Assembly: GCA_028534125.1 (NCBI GenBank)
Contig: CM052817.1
Location: 46,750,001-46,814,000 of the forward strand
From: Lama glama
Lineage: Eukaryota
DNA: 64,000 bases
Direction: 5' to 3'
Shown one piece after another: positions 1-12,113 of the stretch. The position numbers were made by a program, and so were the translations under genes. Position 1 is the stretch's first letter. Each line of letters opens with the position of its first letter. The notes under the pieces were generated by a model that saw nothing but the letters and a program-made list of their open reading frames with translations, made no database searches and was not told the origin of the DNA.

Positions 1-372
1 CCAGGTAACAAAATCAGCACAGAAATCAGTTGAGTACTTTCTGAAGATAAAAACTATGCCATCATTAGTAGCCTCTATGAAAAGAAATCTAACTTCAAAT
101 TTTAAAAAGAGATTTCTACAAATGAAAAACTTCCATTTAAATATACTATGACTCTTGTGCGTGTTCTCACTAAAGAAATGTTTTAAAACTGTGGGTATAG
201 CTAGGACATCTCTACTAGAGAAGAAACAATAGCTGCACCCACTTTTGAATGTTGCTTACAAATACAGCCATTTAGTAATACTTGAGAAAACTAAAATGTT
301 TTTTTTTCATTTTAAACATTCAGGATTCCTTAAAAGAAGAAGAAATACTATTCAAAATCAGAATATACTTAC

Positions 373-505
373 AAGTGACTTGTCACAATCTGCAGCTGAC
401 TCATCAGCAACACATGTTTTTGCAAACTCAGTTACTTCATTCACTAATTTTACATGATCGTCAAATGGGCACTGCTGGAGATACTGAGAAAAGGCAATCA
501 GCACC
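373..505 (-). CDS. ALB: Serum albumin exon 3 (gene continues past position 1)
   Basis: ttcag|GGTGCTG...TCACTT|gtaagt; 133 bp; [44 protein letters not shown], which retains Cys34. Matches ORF 358..588 (-). Confidence 0.99.
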
Positions 506-837
506 CTGAAACAAGGGACATAGAAAAGGGTAGCATAACAAAATTTTAACAGACAGTAGGTAGCAGTGCTAGAAAACAAACTGTGCATCTGTATATGTTC
601 CCTGTTTTACACATCTTTTTTACTATTATCCAGAAAGCCTGTTCACACCAGCTGTTATCGGAGGTCTAACCAGGTATATGTGGCTTTCTAAGCAAAGAGG
701 ATGTATATTTCCACCATGTCTAAATATATGTTTGTGCATGTCAGTAGATACATACACACAGAGCAGGCAAGCAAAATGCATTGTAAATTGACCTAATTGT
801 TAAGACTGGGGCATTACATCGGCCCCTTAACTATTTA

Positions 838-930
838 TTTGTTTGTTTGTTTGTTTTAATGGAGGTACTGGGGATTGAATCCAGGACCTCCTGCATGCTA
901 AGCACAGTCTACCACTGAGCTATACCCTGC
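838..930 (-). mobile_element. Camelid tRNA-derived SINE (Vic-1/CHR-like) in ALB intron 2
   Basis: A-box TAGCTCAGTGG and B-box GGATTCAATCC on minus strand, (TTTG)n tail. 18-bp TSD cggcccYttaactattta at 820-837 and 931-948. Confidence 0.9.
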
Positions 931-1177
931 CGGCCCTTTAACTATTTAAAACAAAACAAAAATCACATGCACATACCTCATTTAATCAGGCTGTAGGATA
1001 AGACAGATCTTGAAAAATAAGCTATTTTCTCACTTTTTAACTAGATTAAAAAATATTAAAATGGTCTCAAGAAACACCAGAACGATTTGCTAGGTAAAGG
1101 AATGTAGTAAGCGAGTTGTTAAAGGAATCATACAGTAAAATCTTTTCCACCATGCAGGTTATATAAGAGCTGCAGAG

Positions 1178-1386
1178 CTACACTGTCCAATATGGTTGCC
1201 ATTAGCCACAAGTGACAATATATATTTAAATAAATTAAAATTAAACACTGTTTAACTTTTTGATCCTCAGTTGCACTTGCCATATTTAAAGTACTCAATA
1301 GCCACACGTAGCCAGTGACAACCATATTAGGCAACACCAATATAGAATATTTCCATCAATGCAGATAATTCTATTGGACAGTACTG
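1178..1386 (-). mobile_element. MER3-like hAT-Charlie MITE in ALB intron 2
   Basis: Inverted termini cactgtccaata ... tattggacagt and internal ...aatagccacacgtagccagtg..., matching the recalled MER3 consensus. Confidence 0.8.
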
Positions 1387-1483
1387 TTCTAGAATCTCTG
1401 ATGACAGGGGAATATAAGGACTTCAGAATAATGACCGACACTATTAGAAACATTAAATTTGATTCTTCAATATTTTAACTTAC

Positions 1484-1541
1484 AGGCCTTTGAAATCATC
1501 TTCTCCCAAATCTTTAAACCGATGAGCAATCTCACTCTTGT
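1484..1541 (-). CDS. ALB: Serum albumin exon 2
   Basis: Polypyrimidine tract, then cag|ACAAGAGTGAGATTGCTCATCGG...AAAGGCCT|gtaagt; 58 bp; translates (Y)KSEIAHRFKDLGEDDFKG(L). Confidence 0.99.
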
Positions 1542-2278
1542 CTGGGGAGGGGAAAAAAGGAGACAAAAAAAATAAAAAGATTTGCTTAAATTGTGAAGAA
1601 ACAACTGTTTAAGATATTATTTTTTTCTGTTTCTCTCCATTTGACTTAGGTATTCATTTGTTTCAAGATATTGGGCTCTGATCTCTACAGAAAATCTTAG
1701 GATGGTGGTGAATTATTTCTTCTGCATTTAAACAGAAGAGTTATTTAATCACCAATGATGCTATTTGAAAAAAAGTCATTAAAATCATTAAATATTTATA
1801 GCTTTATATTCAAACTCAGATAAAAGCTAATGCTCTTGTAGTGTCTATTAATAGCTACTGGGAGGACAGTTCGAAGTGAAAAAGAGAAATACAAGTTCTA
1901 GTAATAACATTAACAATGCAGGTTTTGTTTTGTTTTGTTTTGTTTTTGTAAATTAAGGTACAGTGGACAGGCCTTTGGGAATTTGAAGTTTTGAATTCTA
2001 TCTTCAACTGTATTCTGTTAAGTTTAAGTCACTCTGCATAAGTTCCTTCATGTGCAAAAGGAAATTATAAATACTAAACAATTCTCACTATTTTTTCACC
2101 TAGGATGTTAGAAATATATTCATAAAATGCCTGCCTAAGGGTTCACAAATACAAAATATAACAGTCCAGAAATAAGCACTAAAGGAAAACTTACTTCATT
2201 AAAGATTCAAGGTTTGCTGACACTTTCTTTTACTAGGAAAATAAAATAAGTTGAACAATAGAAAAATAGAATTCTTAC

Positions 2279-2357
2279 ATGTATCTCGACGAAACACACC
2301 TCTGGAATAAACAGAGCTGAAGAGAAAGAGAAGGGAAATAAAAGTCACCCACTTCAT
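2279..2357 (-). CDS. ALB: Serum albumin exon 1 coding part (signal peptide, propeptide, mature D-T and the first base of codon 3)
   Basis: Reverse strand reads ATG AAG TGG GTG ACT ... CGT CGA GAT ACA T|gtaag = [26 protein letters not shown]. The 79 coding bp match the standard ALB exon 1. GT donor at 2278-2277. 5' UTR of about 39 nt to ~2396. Confidence 0.99.
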
Positions 2358-2420
2358 TGTGTCAAAGGCTTGAGAGGCTGACAGAAGAGAAAAGGTAGGA
2401 TGTGTAGAGGGAAATCAGCA

Positions 2421-2540
2421 TTAATATACTTCTTTAGCCAATAATTGTAGATTATTAACTAGACTCATCTTTGTATTTCATTGGCTCACAAATGATTACA
2501 AAATTCATAGCATTCTTGCCAAAAAATTGTTTGACTAAAT
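2421..2540 (-). promoter_or_regulatory. ALB: Albumin proximal promoter
   Basis: Minus strand shows TATATTAA (2421-2428), HNF1 site GTTAATAATCTAC (2447-2459), CCAAT (2480-2484), C/EBP-DBP site D TATGAATTTTGTAATC (2494-2509) and NF1-type TTGGCAAGAA (2513-2522), in the order known for mammalian albumin promoters. Confidence 0.93.
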
Positions 2541-5540
2541 CCCTTACGTATGTTTGCCATCTGGAACTGTTTTCTCTACAAGACCTTGTCAAGTCATTAA
2601 AGTTATGTAAAACATCTTATCAATTTTTACATAAGAGTTTAAACGATTTGTACCATTACCATGTCCTCTGTCTGTGACTTGTCATTTGAACATTTTAGTT
2701 TCAATATTTGCAAAAATTTAACCGAACCAACGACTTAGCTCAGAAATAAGACATACTAAAAAAGAGCTAAGCTCCAAACTGTATCTATTACTAATTTCAA
2801 ATATGCTTTTACTGATAAGTAATGAAAAATGTACAGACACACACACACATATTAGAGGGCTTCCATGCCTTTTCATTCTTCTGAAACTGTTTTGTCCGAA
2901 AAAGCTGACGTTTCAGATGCAAACTAAGAAAGCTATAGCAACAGTAACAACTCAAATGGGTATTCAGAAGTCCTACATTTTCATCTCAGCTCTAGCCCAC
3001 ATATGATCCAGGCCCTGGCGCAAAGTACTCAGAGGCAATGTGGCTATCTGTCATAAAACTTTCAGTTAAGAAGACATGAGGAAGAAAATGGATGCAATGG
3101 CAGTAATGATGATCTTTGCCATCAAAATATACACAGGACAGGCTGAGTCTGATTCTGCCTTTAGGGGTTATAAGAATCCTAGATCTTCTTTACCAGGCAT
3201 CATATTCTTTCCATCCCTATTTCATACTTTTTTCCTTTCTCCCTTTTGGATAAATTATGTCAATTTTTCTTTTTGTTTCCAAGAAAAAGTAGGCATCTTT
3301 CATTTGAAGTAAGTGTTCAACCCAAGCTTTTTCCTTATGAGTCTTCTGAGAAGGTCTGACCAAACATGGAATCTTTATCATTGGATATAATGGTATTACC
3401 AATTCACAGAATCAGACCTTTGTCATTCATACATATACTTTGTGCACATTTTTTATTTAACAAATGAAAATAATAATAGTCTCTCTATCTAATTTGCACT
3501 GCAATATTATATTGTAATATAATGGTAAATATAGAAAACAAAAAAAAATCAAATTCACTGTAATTCTAGAAACTTAAAATTGAAAGTCCTATGTTTAATG
3601 AAGGTCCCATAGTTTCCAAATATAAAATTGAAAACTCCTGAAGGAATCTTTCCTTGGAGTATCAATAATGTGTTTTCCACATGTGTATCCTTTTTAAAGA
3701 TTAACAGATGGTTGAGAAATTAAAATATTTAATTCTTAACACTATCTGCTTAAAACTTATCTTAATTAATAAAAAACCCTTGAACATTTGGTTCCCAAAG
3801 TAAGGATACTTACATTTTTCTCATATTAATTCTAAATGTACATGCTGTACTGAGAAGAATAAAACTACACAATTGTTGGTTATTTCTAAATATTCTGTTC
3901 TTCAACCTTTTAAACTCATATTCAGTTAGTCATCGAAGGAAAATGGTATGAGAGTAAATGTAATTATTTAAAACAAGAGTTATAAATATGGCTTACAGAA
4001 TCTAGTTTCTTGGTAAATAGGAAACTAGCTCCAAAAATTTTTTAATGTTCTCCCATTTTTATGGATGAAATTTAAAGAGAGTGTGGTTAAGAAGATTACT
4101 TCAATATGGAAGGAACAATAATGTACTGATCATTTAGAAGAGAAAAAAATAACATTTGAAATACAACTGGGATTAAAGCTGACCCTTTATCCCTTTTGTC
4201 CAATATTTTTAAAGCATTCATGTTGACAGATAGAAAAAGCACAGTTTTGAAATAGATGAAATCTCGCTTGGGACCAGTTCCCCACTTCTTTGCTAACCCA
4301 TCATAACCTTAAACCTATGCCCTCTGACTACTCTCTGCATTCCTGAAGCTTCTCACCAAGTCATTCAAATCAGGTTTCCCTCCATCTGTCCATCTTCTTG
4401 GTCCAGTCCTTATGTCATCTCCTTTTGTGATAGGTTACTACTTCTGGGTTGCTTTCTCTTAGAAATAAAGTGAAACATATGCATTAAAATGTGACAACCA
4501 TGTCTGATAATAGCCTCAGTATTTAAACAGAGACTTTCCTGAAACAAGTACTTAACCCAAAGTCATTCCAAAATATGGGAAATTGGATTTATTTGGAGAG
4601 AAAGCTAAGAAAGTAAAAATCTTTTCTTAGCGTTCTTCCTTCTGTACTAAGGACATGTGTGTGGATGTCCACATCCATGGACAGGTAAGATAAATCCTAC
4701 CTATCATTGAAGGCCTTGGACTGCTTTCTAACAAATACAGAAGGGTAGAAAAGTGAAAGACCATTAACCATCAAACTAGCCAATTGAAACATGGTAAGCA
4801 ATTTAATTTCTTATTCACTTGTGAAGATACATTTCCCATTAAAAAATAAGAAAATTGTCCAACATGTATAAACTCTTATAGGCATTTCTAATGCAAAAAA
4901 ATTGTAATATAATCCAAATATCAACTTTCCCCTCATCTCCCTCCATAAACCATCCCTCTAAAATACCCACTTTCATTAGTGGGAAAACTCTTAGCTGAAA
5001 ATGTCACAGAAGACAAAGAAAAGAAAGTTCACAGTATAAAAACCACACTAGATGACCATCATTGGTTTGTCCCATCTCTTAAGTCCTTCTCTCTTCAAAA
5101 CTCTAATGGTAGAATGGTTCCTTATTCCACCTTTCCTCATATTACACTGGGTCTCTAGAATTTAAGTCTACTTTCACTCAGATTTCTTAACAATTTATTT
5201 CAAACTTCTCAACTCTTTACTATACAGTTTAATTCAGATCACTGTCAATTTCTAGCTCCAAACTCAAACACACAGATCTGTATATATTTTTATGACACGT
5301 GGGTCAAGTTGGATTAAATCATCTTTAAGGTCCCATCTACCTTGAACATTCTGTGATTCCATATTACCAATGAAACAGTCATAAGATGAGAAAAGGTCCT
5401 GACTGTGAGAATGAATATATCAATTTAGGGAACTGGGATCCAAATCTGAGAATATGTTCATTGCTAACTTGCCCAGTGGCCCCTCAGGCATTACTCTCTG
5501 CCTAGTTCAGGTTAACATTTTTAAGAAATGGAAAGGTCTT

Positions 5541-6447
5541 GAAGTGAGTTTGGTGGTCCCACAGATCTGTCTCTTGCTTCAACAGTGTTTGGACGGAACA
5601 GACCCAGGAATGCCCCTTGCTCCAGCCTCTAACCACCCTTCAACCTTTTTTCCAGTTGCATCCTTCAGAACCAGCCACTGTGCTATGATCAGCCTCTGGG
5701 ACCAGCCAACACCATTTTGCGAGCTATAATCCTTATTACCCATCAACCAGAGCTCCCAGATACGTCAGAATTATTCCAGCGAGGTTGATGCCTCTGTCAA
5801 CCATCTGGTCAACATGCATCTGCGGGCCTCCTACAACTACCTCTCTCTGGGCTTCTATTTCAACCGCGACGATGTGGCTCTGGAGGGCACTGGACACTTT
5901 TTCAGCGAATTGGCTGAGGAGAAGTGCGAGGGTGCCGAGTGTCTCTTGAAAATGCAAAACCAGTGCGGCAGCCATGCCCTCTTCCAGGACGTGCAGAAGC
6001 CATCTCAAGATGAGTGGGGTAAAACCCAGGATGCTATGGAAGCTGCTACTGTCCTGGAGAAGAACCTGAACCAGGTCCTTTTGGATCTGCATGCCCTGGG
6101 TTCTGCCCGCGCATACCCACATCTCTGTGACTTCCTGGAGAACCACTTTCTGAATGAGGAGGTGAAACTCATCAAGAAGATGGGTGACCACCTGACTAAC
6201 CTCCGCAGGCTCTCTGGTCCCCAGGCTGGATGAGTATCTCTTCGAAAGGCTCTCCCTCAAGCACGACTAGGAGTCTCTGCAACCCAGCGGCCTTTACGGA
6301 GCCCCTCTGGTGTCATGGCTTCTGCCTGAAGCCTCTCTGCAGTTACCAGGCAGCCTTTTAACTATCCTGGAGCCCTCTCCCAAGTCTTGGACCAAATAGA
6401 AACAATAAAGCTTTTTGCAACGGCTGAAAAATAAAAAGAAAGAAAGA
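5541..6447 (+). pseudogene. FTL: Full-length processed ferritin light chain pseudogene
   Basis: Intronless. Has the 5' UTR with IRE, FTL-like peptide (SSQIRQNYS...[24 protein letters not shown]...[28 protein letters not shown]), AATAAA at 6404-6409 and an A-rich tail. Perfect 18-bp TSD AAGAAATGGAAAGGTCTT (5523-5540, 6448-6465). ATG is reduced to AG at 5749-5750; a small deletion creates TGA at 6231-6233 before the native TAG at 6268-6270. Confidence 0.98.
5570..5602 (+). promoter_or_regulatory. Iron-responsive element (IRE) within the FTL retrocopy
   Basis: TCTCTTGC-TTCAA-CAGTGT-TTGGA-CGGAACAGA: bulged C, 5-bp upper stem and CAGUGN loop, matching the FTL IRE. Functional only if transcribed. 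Confidence 0.9.
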
Positions 6448-7406
6448 AAGAAATGGAAAGGTCTTTACCTTGTCTAAATTACAGAAATAAAATGACACTT
6501 CCTTGTATTTTTATCATTTCGCCAAGAAAAATGTAACTAATGCCTGAAATCCGTATTTATCCATTCTTTGCATAAGTTAGCAATAAAGGGTCTATAAACA
6601 TAGAAATTGAAATTAGTGCTAGTAACTCCCATCATAATAATAGCTACAGATGGAAATCAAACAGAAATTAATCCACTGCTGAGAATTTATATTCCGTACT
6701 TTTTTTCAAATGTAATTCAAGAGACTTACTATTTAAAAAAGAGATTGAAGTTACAAAATGAAACTATTTTTTAACCTTTTATAAAACAACAAAGGTGGTG
6801 TGGCTAAAATATGCCTATGTTAACACTTCTGTGGATCAAACTTAGAAAGTTTTTATTAAAGGATAAGCTTTTTTCCTCCTTGATGTCTTTTAAAGCTTAC
6901 AATTTATCAGATGTTTTAAAATCTCCCAATGCTGTACTTTTACTAAAACTTCTCTGGTCTGACACCCAGCTGAGCCTTGAAATTTGTCTTGAAATTCTTG
7001 TCAGCTTTTCAAGAATCTATGTATGGGCTAACATCAAGAAATGAATTATTTGATCTAAAAAAACTTGTAACTTTTGAGAAATGTACCAAATAAATAATTG
7101 GCCTAGTTTTCCTTCTTTTAAGGGAAATTCATCTCTAGCCTAATTATAATAAACTATATAACATAAATAGTTTCAAAATGATTTTAAGTATAATTATTGC
7201 ACATAATAAGCATTGAATTGTTCAAAATTAGTTTTTCATTACATAGACATTGAAAAGAACTAAATTCTTTTATTAGAATAATACAGGTTTGCAAAAATAG
7301 TTACTTGATAAAATATGTTGCAATAAAAATATGCATTCAATAGCATAAAGAAGTAACTTCAGTAACATATGATGTTGACAATGGCACTCTCTTTTGAAAA
7401 TTCTCC

Positions 7407-7695
7407 TTTTTGGGGCAGTAATTAGGTTTACTTATTTTAATTATTCTTTTTAATGAGGTACAGGGGATTGAACCCAGGACCTTGTGCATGCTAAGCATAC
7501 GCTCTACCACTTGAGCTATAACTTCCCTCCTTTTTTGTTTGTTTTGGTTTTTTGTTTGTTTTTGGTTTTCTTGAGGGGGGAGGTAATTAGGTTTATTTAT
7601 TTATTTGTTCATTTTTAATGGAGGTACTGGGATTGAACCCAGGACCTTGAGCATGCTAAGCACACATTCTACCACTGAGCTACACCCTCCCCCCC
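7407..7695 (-). mobile_element. Two head-to-tail camelid tRNA-derived SINEs
   Basis: Two copies of ...ggattgaacccaggaccttg...gctaagca...ctaccac... (about 7407-7530 and 7531-7695), each with the gtaattaggttta 3' segment and a T-rich tail. Confidence 0.9.
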
Positions 7696-9339
7696 AAAAT
7701 GCTTCTGATTCAAAGTTGTGCAATATTCAGTATATTTAATATCAATAGCTTAAGTTATTAGATGAAATAAATACAATTACTATTTCAGTTCAATTTCAAT
7801 TTTTATGTTTATATTAGATAGCCATTCATTAAAATTATATAAATTAGCTTCTCAGCATTTAATGTCTTGAAAGCAAATGACTGTTATTGATGAGTTCAAA
7901 TTTCTCTTCATTATTACATGGAATATTGGCAAAAAGTGCACATCAAGAATCATGGTATCTAGAAGTGAACATTGTCCTAGCATCAACAAACCCACTATTT
8001 ACTTAGGAACACCAGGCTTCTTGCTGACAGGGCACAATTCTGAAAACAATGTTTGAGACTTGTTTTATTACTGATTACTTAGAGCAGCACCACCTTGTCT
8101 TTCATTCATGCTCAGAATGCATGAGTGCTCACTAAATGCCTAGCGTTGCCTAGGCTCTGAGGAAACAAAAGATTAATAAGACACAGTCTTGAAGGTCTTG
8201 AAGACTTTCCTAGGTCCTGAAGCCCATAGTTTAAATTGGGAAGATAGACACATAGCAAGTAATTACAATGCAACATTGTAAAGTATTGTGCATGTAGAAC
8301 CTGAGGTACTCCTGGGCTGATAAGAAGTGTCAGAGGAGAAGCTCTAAATTCAAGGGCAGTCTTATGCATAAATAAGATGTGTGGGCTCTAACCCCTTCAG
8401 TTAACGGTGCAACTCAACAGACTGTAAAGCTTTAAATTTGTATTCTCTGGGTTCCTTTTTGCTTGTGAAGGAACTTCACCTAAAGAAATGGAATGTGTAG
8501 GTAGAGGACTGAGAGAAGAAGGAGGGTACAAATATGTGTAATTTCTAAATGATAAAAAGCCAAAATGTAGAAAGCAAAGAGTTAGGCCCCAGTTTAGAAG
8601 ACAATGAAATTTCCTGCAGGAGTAAAAAGAAAGGCAGGCTGGTAAGCAGGAAAGAAAAGCTGAATTTGCAATTATTTGGATTTGCAGGCAAAGCTAGGGA
8701 TGAGATTGATCATTTTAATATTATAAAGCCCAAAGAAATATATTGTCCTTGTAGAAAGCTACAAAACCTCTATGGGGAAACAGTTCCATTATTTAGTGAT
8801 AAAACAGTGTTCCTTCTTAAAGCCATATTTATTTAACAATTCCATGTGCCTGGAAGTCTGAGAGGGCTTTTCCAAAGACATGACTTTTAAATTGAGAATT
8901 TTTTAAGTGGGCATGAAGTAAAAGGAAGAAAATAACCTTCCAGGCACAGGAGACAGAAAGCACAAAGAATGCTTGAGAAAAGAAAGAGCATGAAAGAAAC
9001 TGAGAGAGTCTAGACACAGAGTTAAGGGGAAGCACAGTGTGAGATGAGATATGAGAGTAGCTGGCTTTGTATGTCATCTTAGCTACAGTAGTATTTTTGG
9101 TTTCTGTTCTAAAAGCAGTGAGAAGTTGAATTTTATTAGCCCAATGACATAATCTGATTTATGCTTCAGAAGATTACTCTGGCTGCAGTGTAAGGAAGAG
9201 ACTAGAAAAGGCAAGAGTATATACAGAAAGACTAGCCAGGGGACGATGTAATAGTTCTAGTAACAGGTGATGAGATCTTGGGCTACATCAAAGGAACAGA
9301 AATGGAGAGAAATAGACAGGCTGAACAGATATTTAGGAG

Positions 9340-9811
9340 TGATAGTGGTCTAGAACCCAAGCAAGAGATCCCCTTCTCTAAAATCCACGCTTTCAAAGGC
9401 CTCCGCTGGCTTCTTCCAGCTATTTTCTGCCCCAGCTATATTCTGCTTCTAGCTGTGCTCATCACAAAACCAAGAGTATGTTCTCTTCCTTTTCTAGATC
9501 ATGATTCAGGTACCCTAATCCTCGAACTCCCTGTGCAAATGGCTCTGGACCACTTCTAGACCCAGAGAGGCCTCTTACATGAGTACATCTTCCCATGGGA
9601 AGACCATATCACTGATGGATTTACTCCTACGCCTGAGTAGTGTCCATGAGGCAAATTTTGGAGGATGTATGGACAGAGCTGGGACATAATGAGTGGAGTT
9701 TCCACAAGTTCATAAATAAGGCCCCTTCATAGTACAGGAGGAAGCCAGGGATAGGCAGAAGAAAGAGGGGGGCCAGACATGGGTGCTGGTCCTCCCCAGC
9801 ACAAAACTCCA
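9340..9811 (-). mobile_element. Solo LTR, ERVL/MaLR class
   Basis: 472-bp insert with TG...CA termini and a perfect 5-bp TSD AGGAG (9335-9339, 9812-9816) inside L2. Orientation is inferred from a minus-strand AGTAAA near 9620. Family not identified. Confidence 0.7.
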
Positions 9812-10039
9812 AGGAGATAAAATTAGCAGGACTTAATGGATTGAAAATGGGCAGTGAGGAAAACAGAGGTGTCATGATTATTTCTAGCTTTCTGCCTTGT
9901 ACAATACAATGGTGTGACATGACTTACTGGTCTAAGAAGCATTGGACGAAGACCAGAACTATGTAGGAATATTATTAGTATGATTTGGACATGTTTGATT
10001 TCAGGCATCTTTGAGAAATCTGAGAAGGGATGTCGAAAA

Positions 10040-12113
10040 CAAGAAAAAGAAATATAAGGGATTCAAATTGGTAAGGAAGAAGTAAAACTGTCACTGTTTG
10101 CAGATAACATGATATTATACATAGAAAATCCTAACAATGCTACCAGAAAACTACTAGAGCACATTAATGAATTTGGTAAAGTTGCAGGATACAAAATTAA
10201 TATACAGAATCTGTTGCATTTCCATACACTAACAATAAACTATCAGAAAAAAATTAAGAAAACAATCCCATTTATAATCACATCAAAAAAGAATAAAATA
10301 TCTAGGAATAAATTTGTCTATGGAAAACTGTAAGAAATTGAGGATGACACAAGCAGAAGCAGAGGTATACAGGGTTCAAGAATTTGCAGAAATTAATATT
10401 GTTAGAATGACAGTATTACTCGAGGCAATCTATGGGTTCCATGTAGTTCCTATCAAAATAGTAAGGCCATTTTTCACAGAACTAGAACAAATAATTTTAA
10501 AATTTGTATGCAAACACAAAAGATCCCAAATAGCCAAAACAATCTTGAGAAAGAAGAATGGAGCTGAGGGAATCACACTCTCTGACTTCAGACTGTACTA
10601 CGGAGCTACAGTAATCAAAAGAGCATGGTATTGGCATAAAAACAGACATGTAAATCAATGGAACAGCATAGAGAGCCCAGAAATAAACCCACACACACAT
10701 GGTCAACTGATCCATGACAAAGGAGGCAAAAATATAAAATGGGGAAAAACAGTCTTTTTAATAATAAGTGATGTTGGGAAAACTGGACATCACCATGTAA
10801 AAAAATGAAATTAGAACATTCTCTCACGTCGTATACAAAAATAAACTCAAAATGGATTAAAGACACAACTGTAAGATGAGAAATAATAAAACTTCTAGGT
10901 AAAAACATAGGCAGGACATTCTTTGACATAAATTGTAGCAATATCATCCGTCTCCTAAGACAGAAATAAAGAAATGAGACCTAATTAAACTTAAAAGCTT
11001 TTGCACTGCAAAGGAAACCATCAACAAAAGAAAAAGACAACCTACTGAGAGGGAGAAAATATTTGCAAATGATATGACTGATAAGGGATTGATATCCAAA
11101 ATATATAAACAGCTCATACAACTCAAAATCAAAAAAAGAAACAACCTCATTTAAAAATGGGCAGAAGAGCTGAATAGACATTTTTCTGGAGAATACATAT
11201 GGATGGCTAATAGGTACATGAAAAGATGCTAAATATCTCCAATTATTAGGAAAGGCAAATCAAACCCACAGTGAGATATCACCTCATACCTGTCAGAATG
11301 GCCATCATAAAAAAAAACTGCAAAAAACAAATGTTGCTAGGGATGTGGAGAAAAGGGAATACTGGTATATTGTTGGCTGTACTGTTGGTGCAGCCTCTGT
11401 GGAAAACAGTATGAAGGTTCCTCAAAAAACTGAAAATAGAATAGCTCTGGACCTCTTCTAGACCCAGAGAGGCCTCTTACATGAGTACATATAAGATTTA
11501 TGATCCAGCAATTGCATGCCTAGGTACATATCCCCCCCTAAAAAATGAAAGCACTATTTCAAAAATGCATGCACCCCAATGTGCACAGAAGCATTGTTTA
11601 CAATTGCCAAGATATGGAAGCAACCTAAGTGTCCCTCAACAAACAATGGATAAAGACACATATATATATAATAGAATACTACTGAGCCATAAAAAGGTAA
11701 TAAATTGTGCTATTTGCAACAAACATGGATATACCTGGAGGGTTTTATGCTTAATGAAATAAGTCAGACAGAGAAACAGAAATACTATATGTTATCACTT
11801 TTATGTGGAATCTAAAAAACAAAAAAGAAATAGACTCACAGATGTAGAAAATAAACTAGTGATTGTCAGCATGGGGAGGGAAGGGAGGAGGGGCAAGATG
11901 GGGTAGAGGATTACGAGGTACAAACCACTATGTGTAAAACAAGCTACAAGGTATATCCAAGGTATTGTACAGCACAGGGAATATAGCCAATATTTTATAA
12001 TAATGATCAATGGAATATAATCTTTAAAAAATGTGAATCACTATGTTGTACACCTGAAACTTATATAATATTATAAATCAACTATACTTCAATAAATTAA
12101 AAAATAAAATGAT
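10040..12113 (+). mobile_element. 5'-truncated L1 (ORF2 RT to C-terminus plus 3' UTR), cetartiodactyl type
   Basis: Peptides [48 protein letters not shown]; 3' UTR ending ...caactatacttcaataaa. Degenerate TSD aagggatgtcgaaaa / aaaggacattgaaaa, consistent with CpG decay. Confidence 0.95.

Noticed and set aside
850..930. tRNA-like A/B boxes (also at 7450-7695, 23310-23380 and 55600-55680)
   Set aside because: They have SINE tails and TSDs and are degenerate, so they are tRNA-derived SINEs, not tRNA genes.
5814..6233. 139-aa FTL-like ORF as a functional retrogene
   Set aside because: The native ATG is lost. The ORF starts partway into helix A and a frameshift removes the C-terminal residues; CpG-type substitutions are abundant.
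5736..6260. 174-aa ATG-initiated ORF on the minus strand, the longest ORF in the window
   Set aside because: It exactly mirrors the FTL retrocopy coding region and is best explained as an antisense shadow frame of ferritin codon usage. There is no independent promoter or splice evidence.
10109..11762. Cluster of ORFs resembling a gene
   Set aside because: These are frameshifted L1 ORF2 fragments and their antisense frames. The same applies to ORFs at 25141-25564, 29329-30972, 52885-53112 and 62225-63924.
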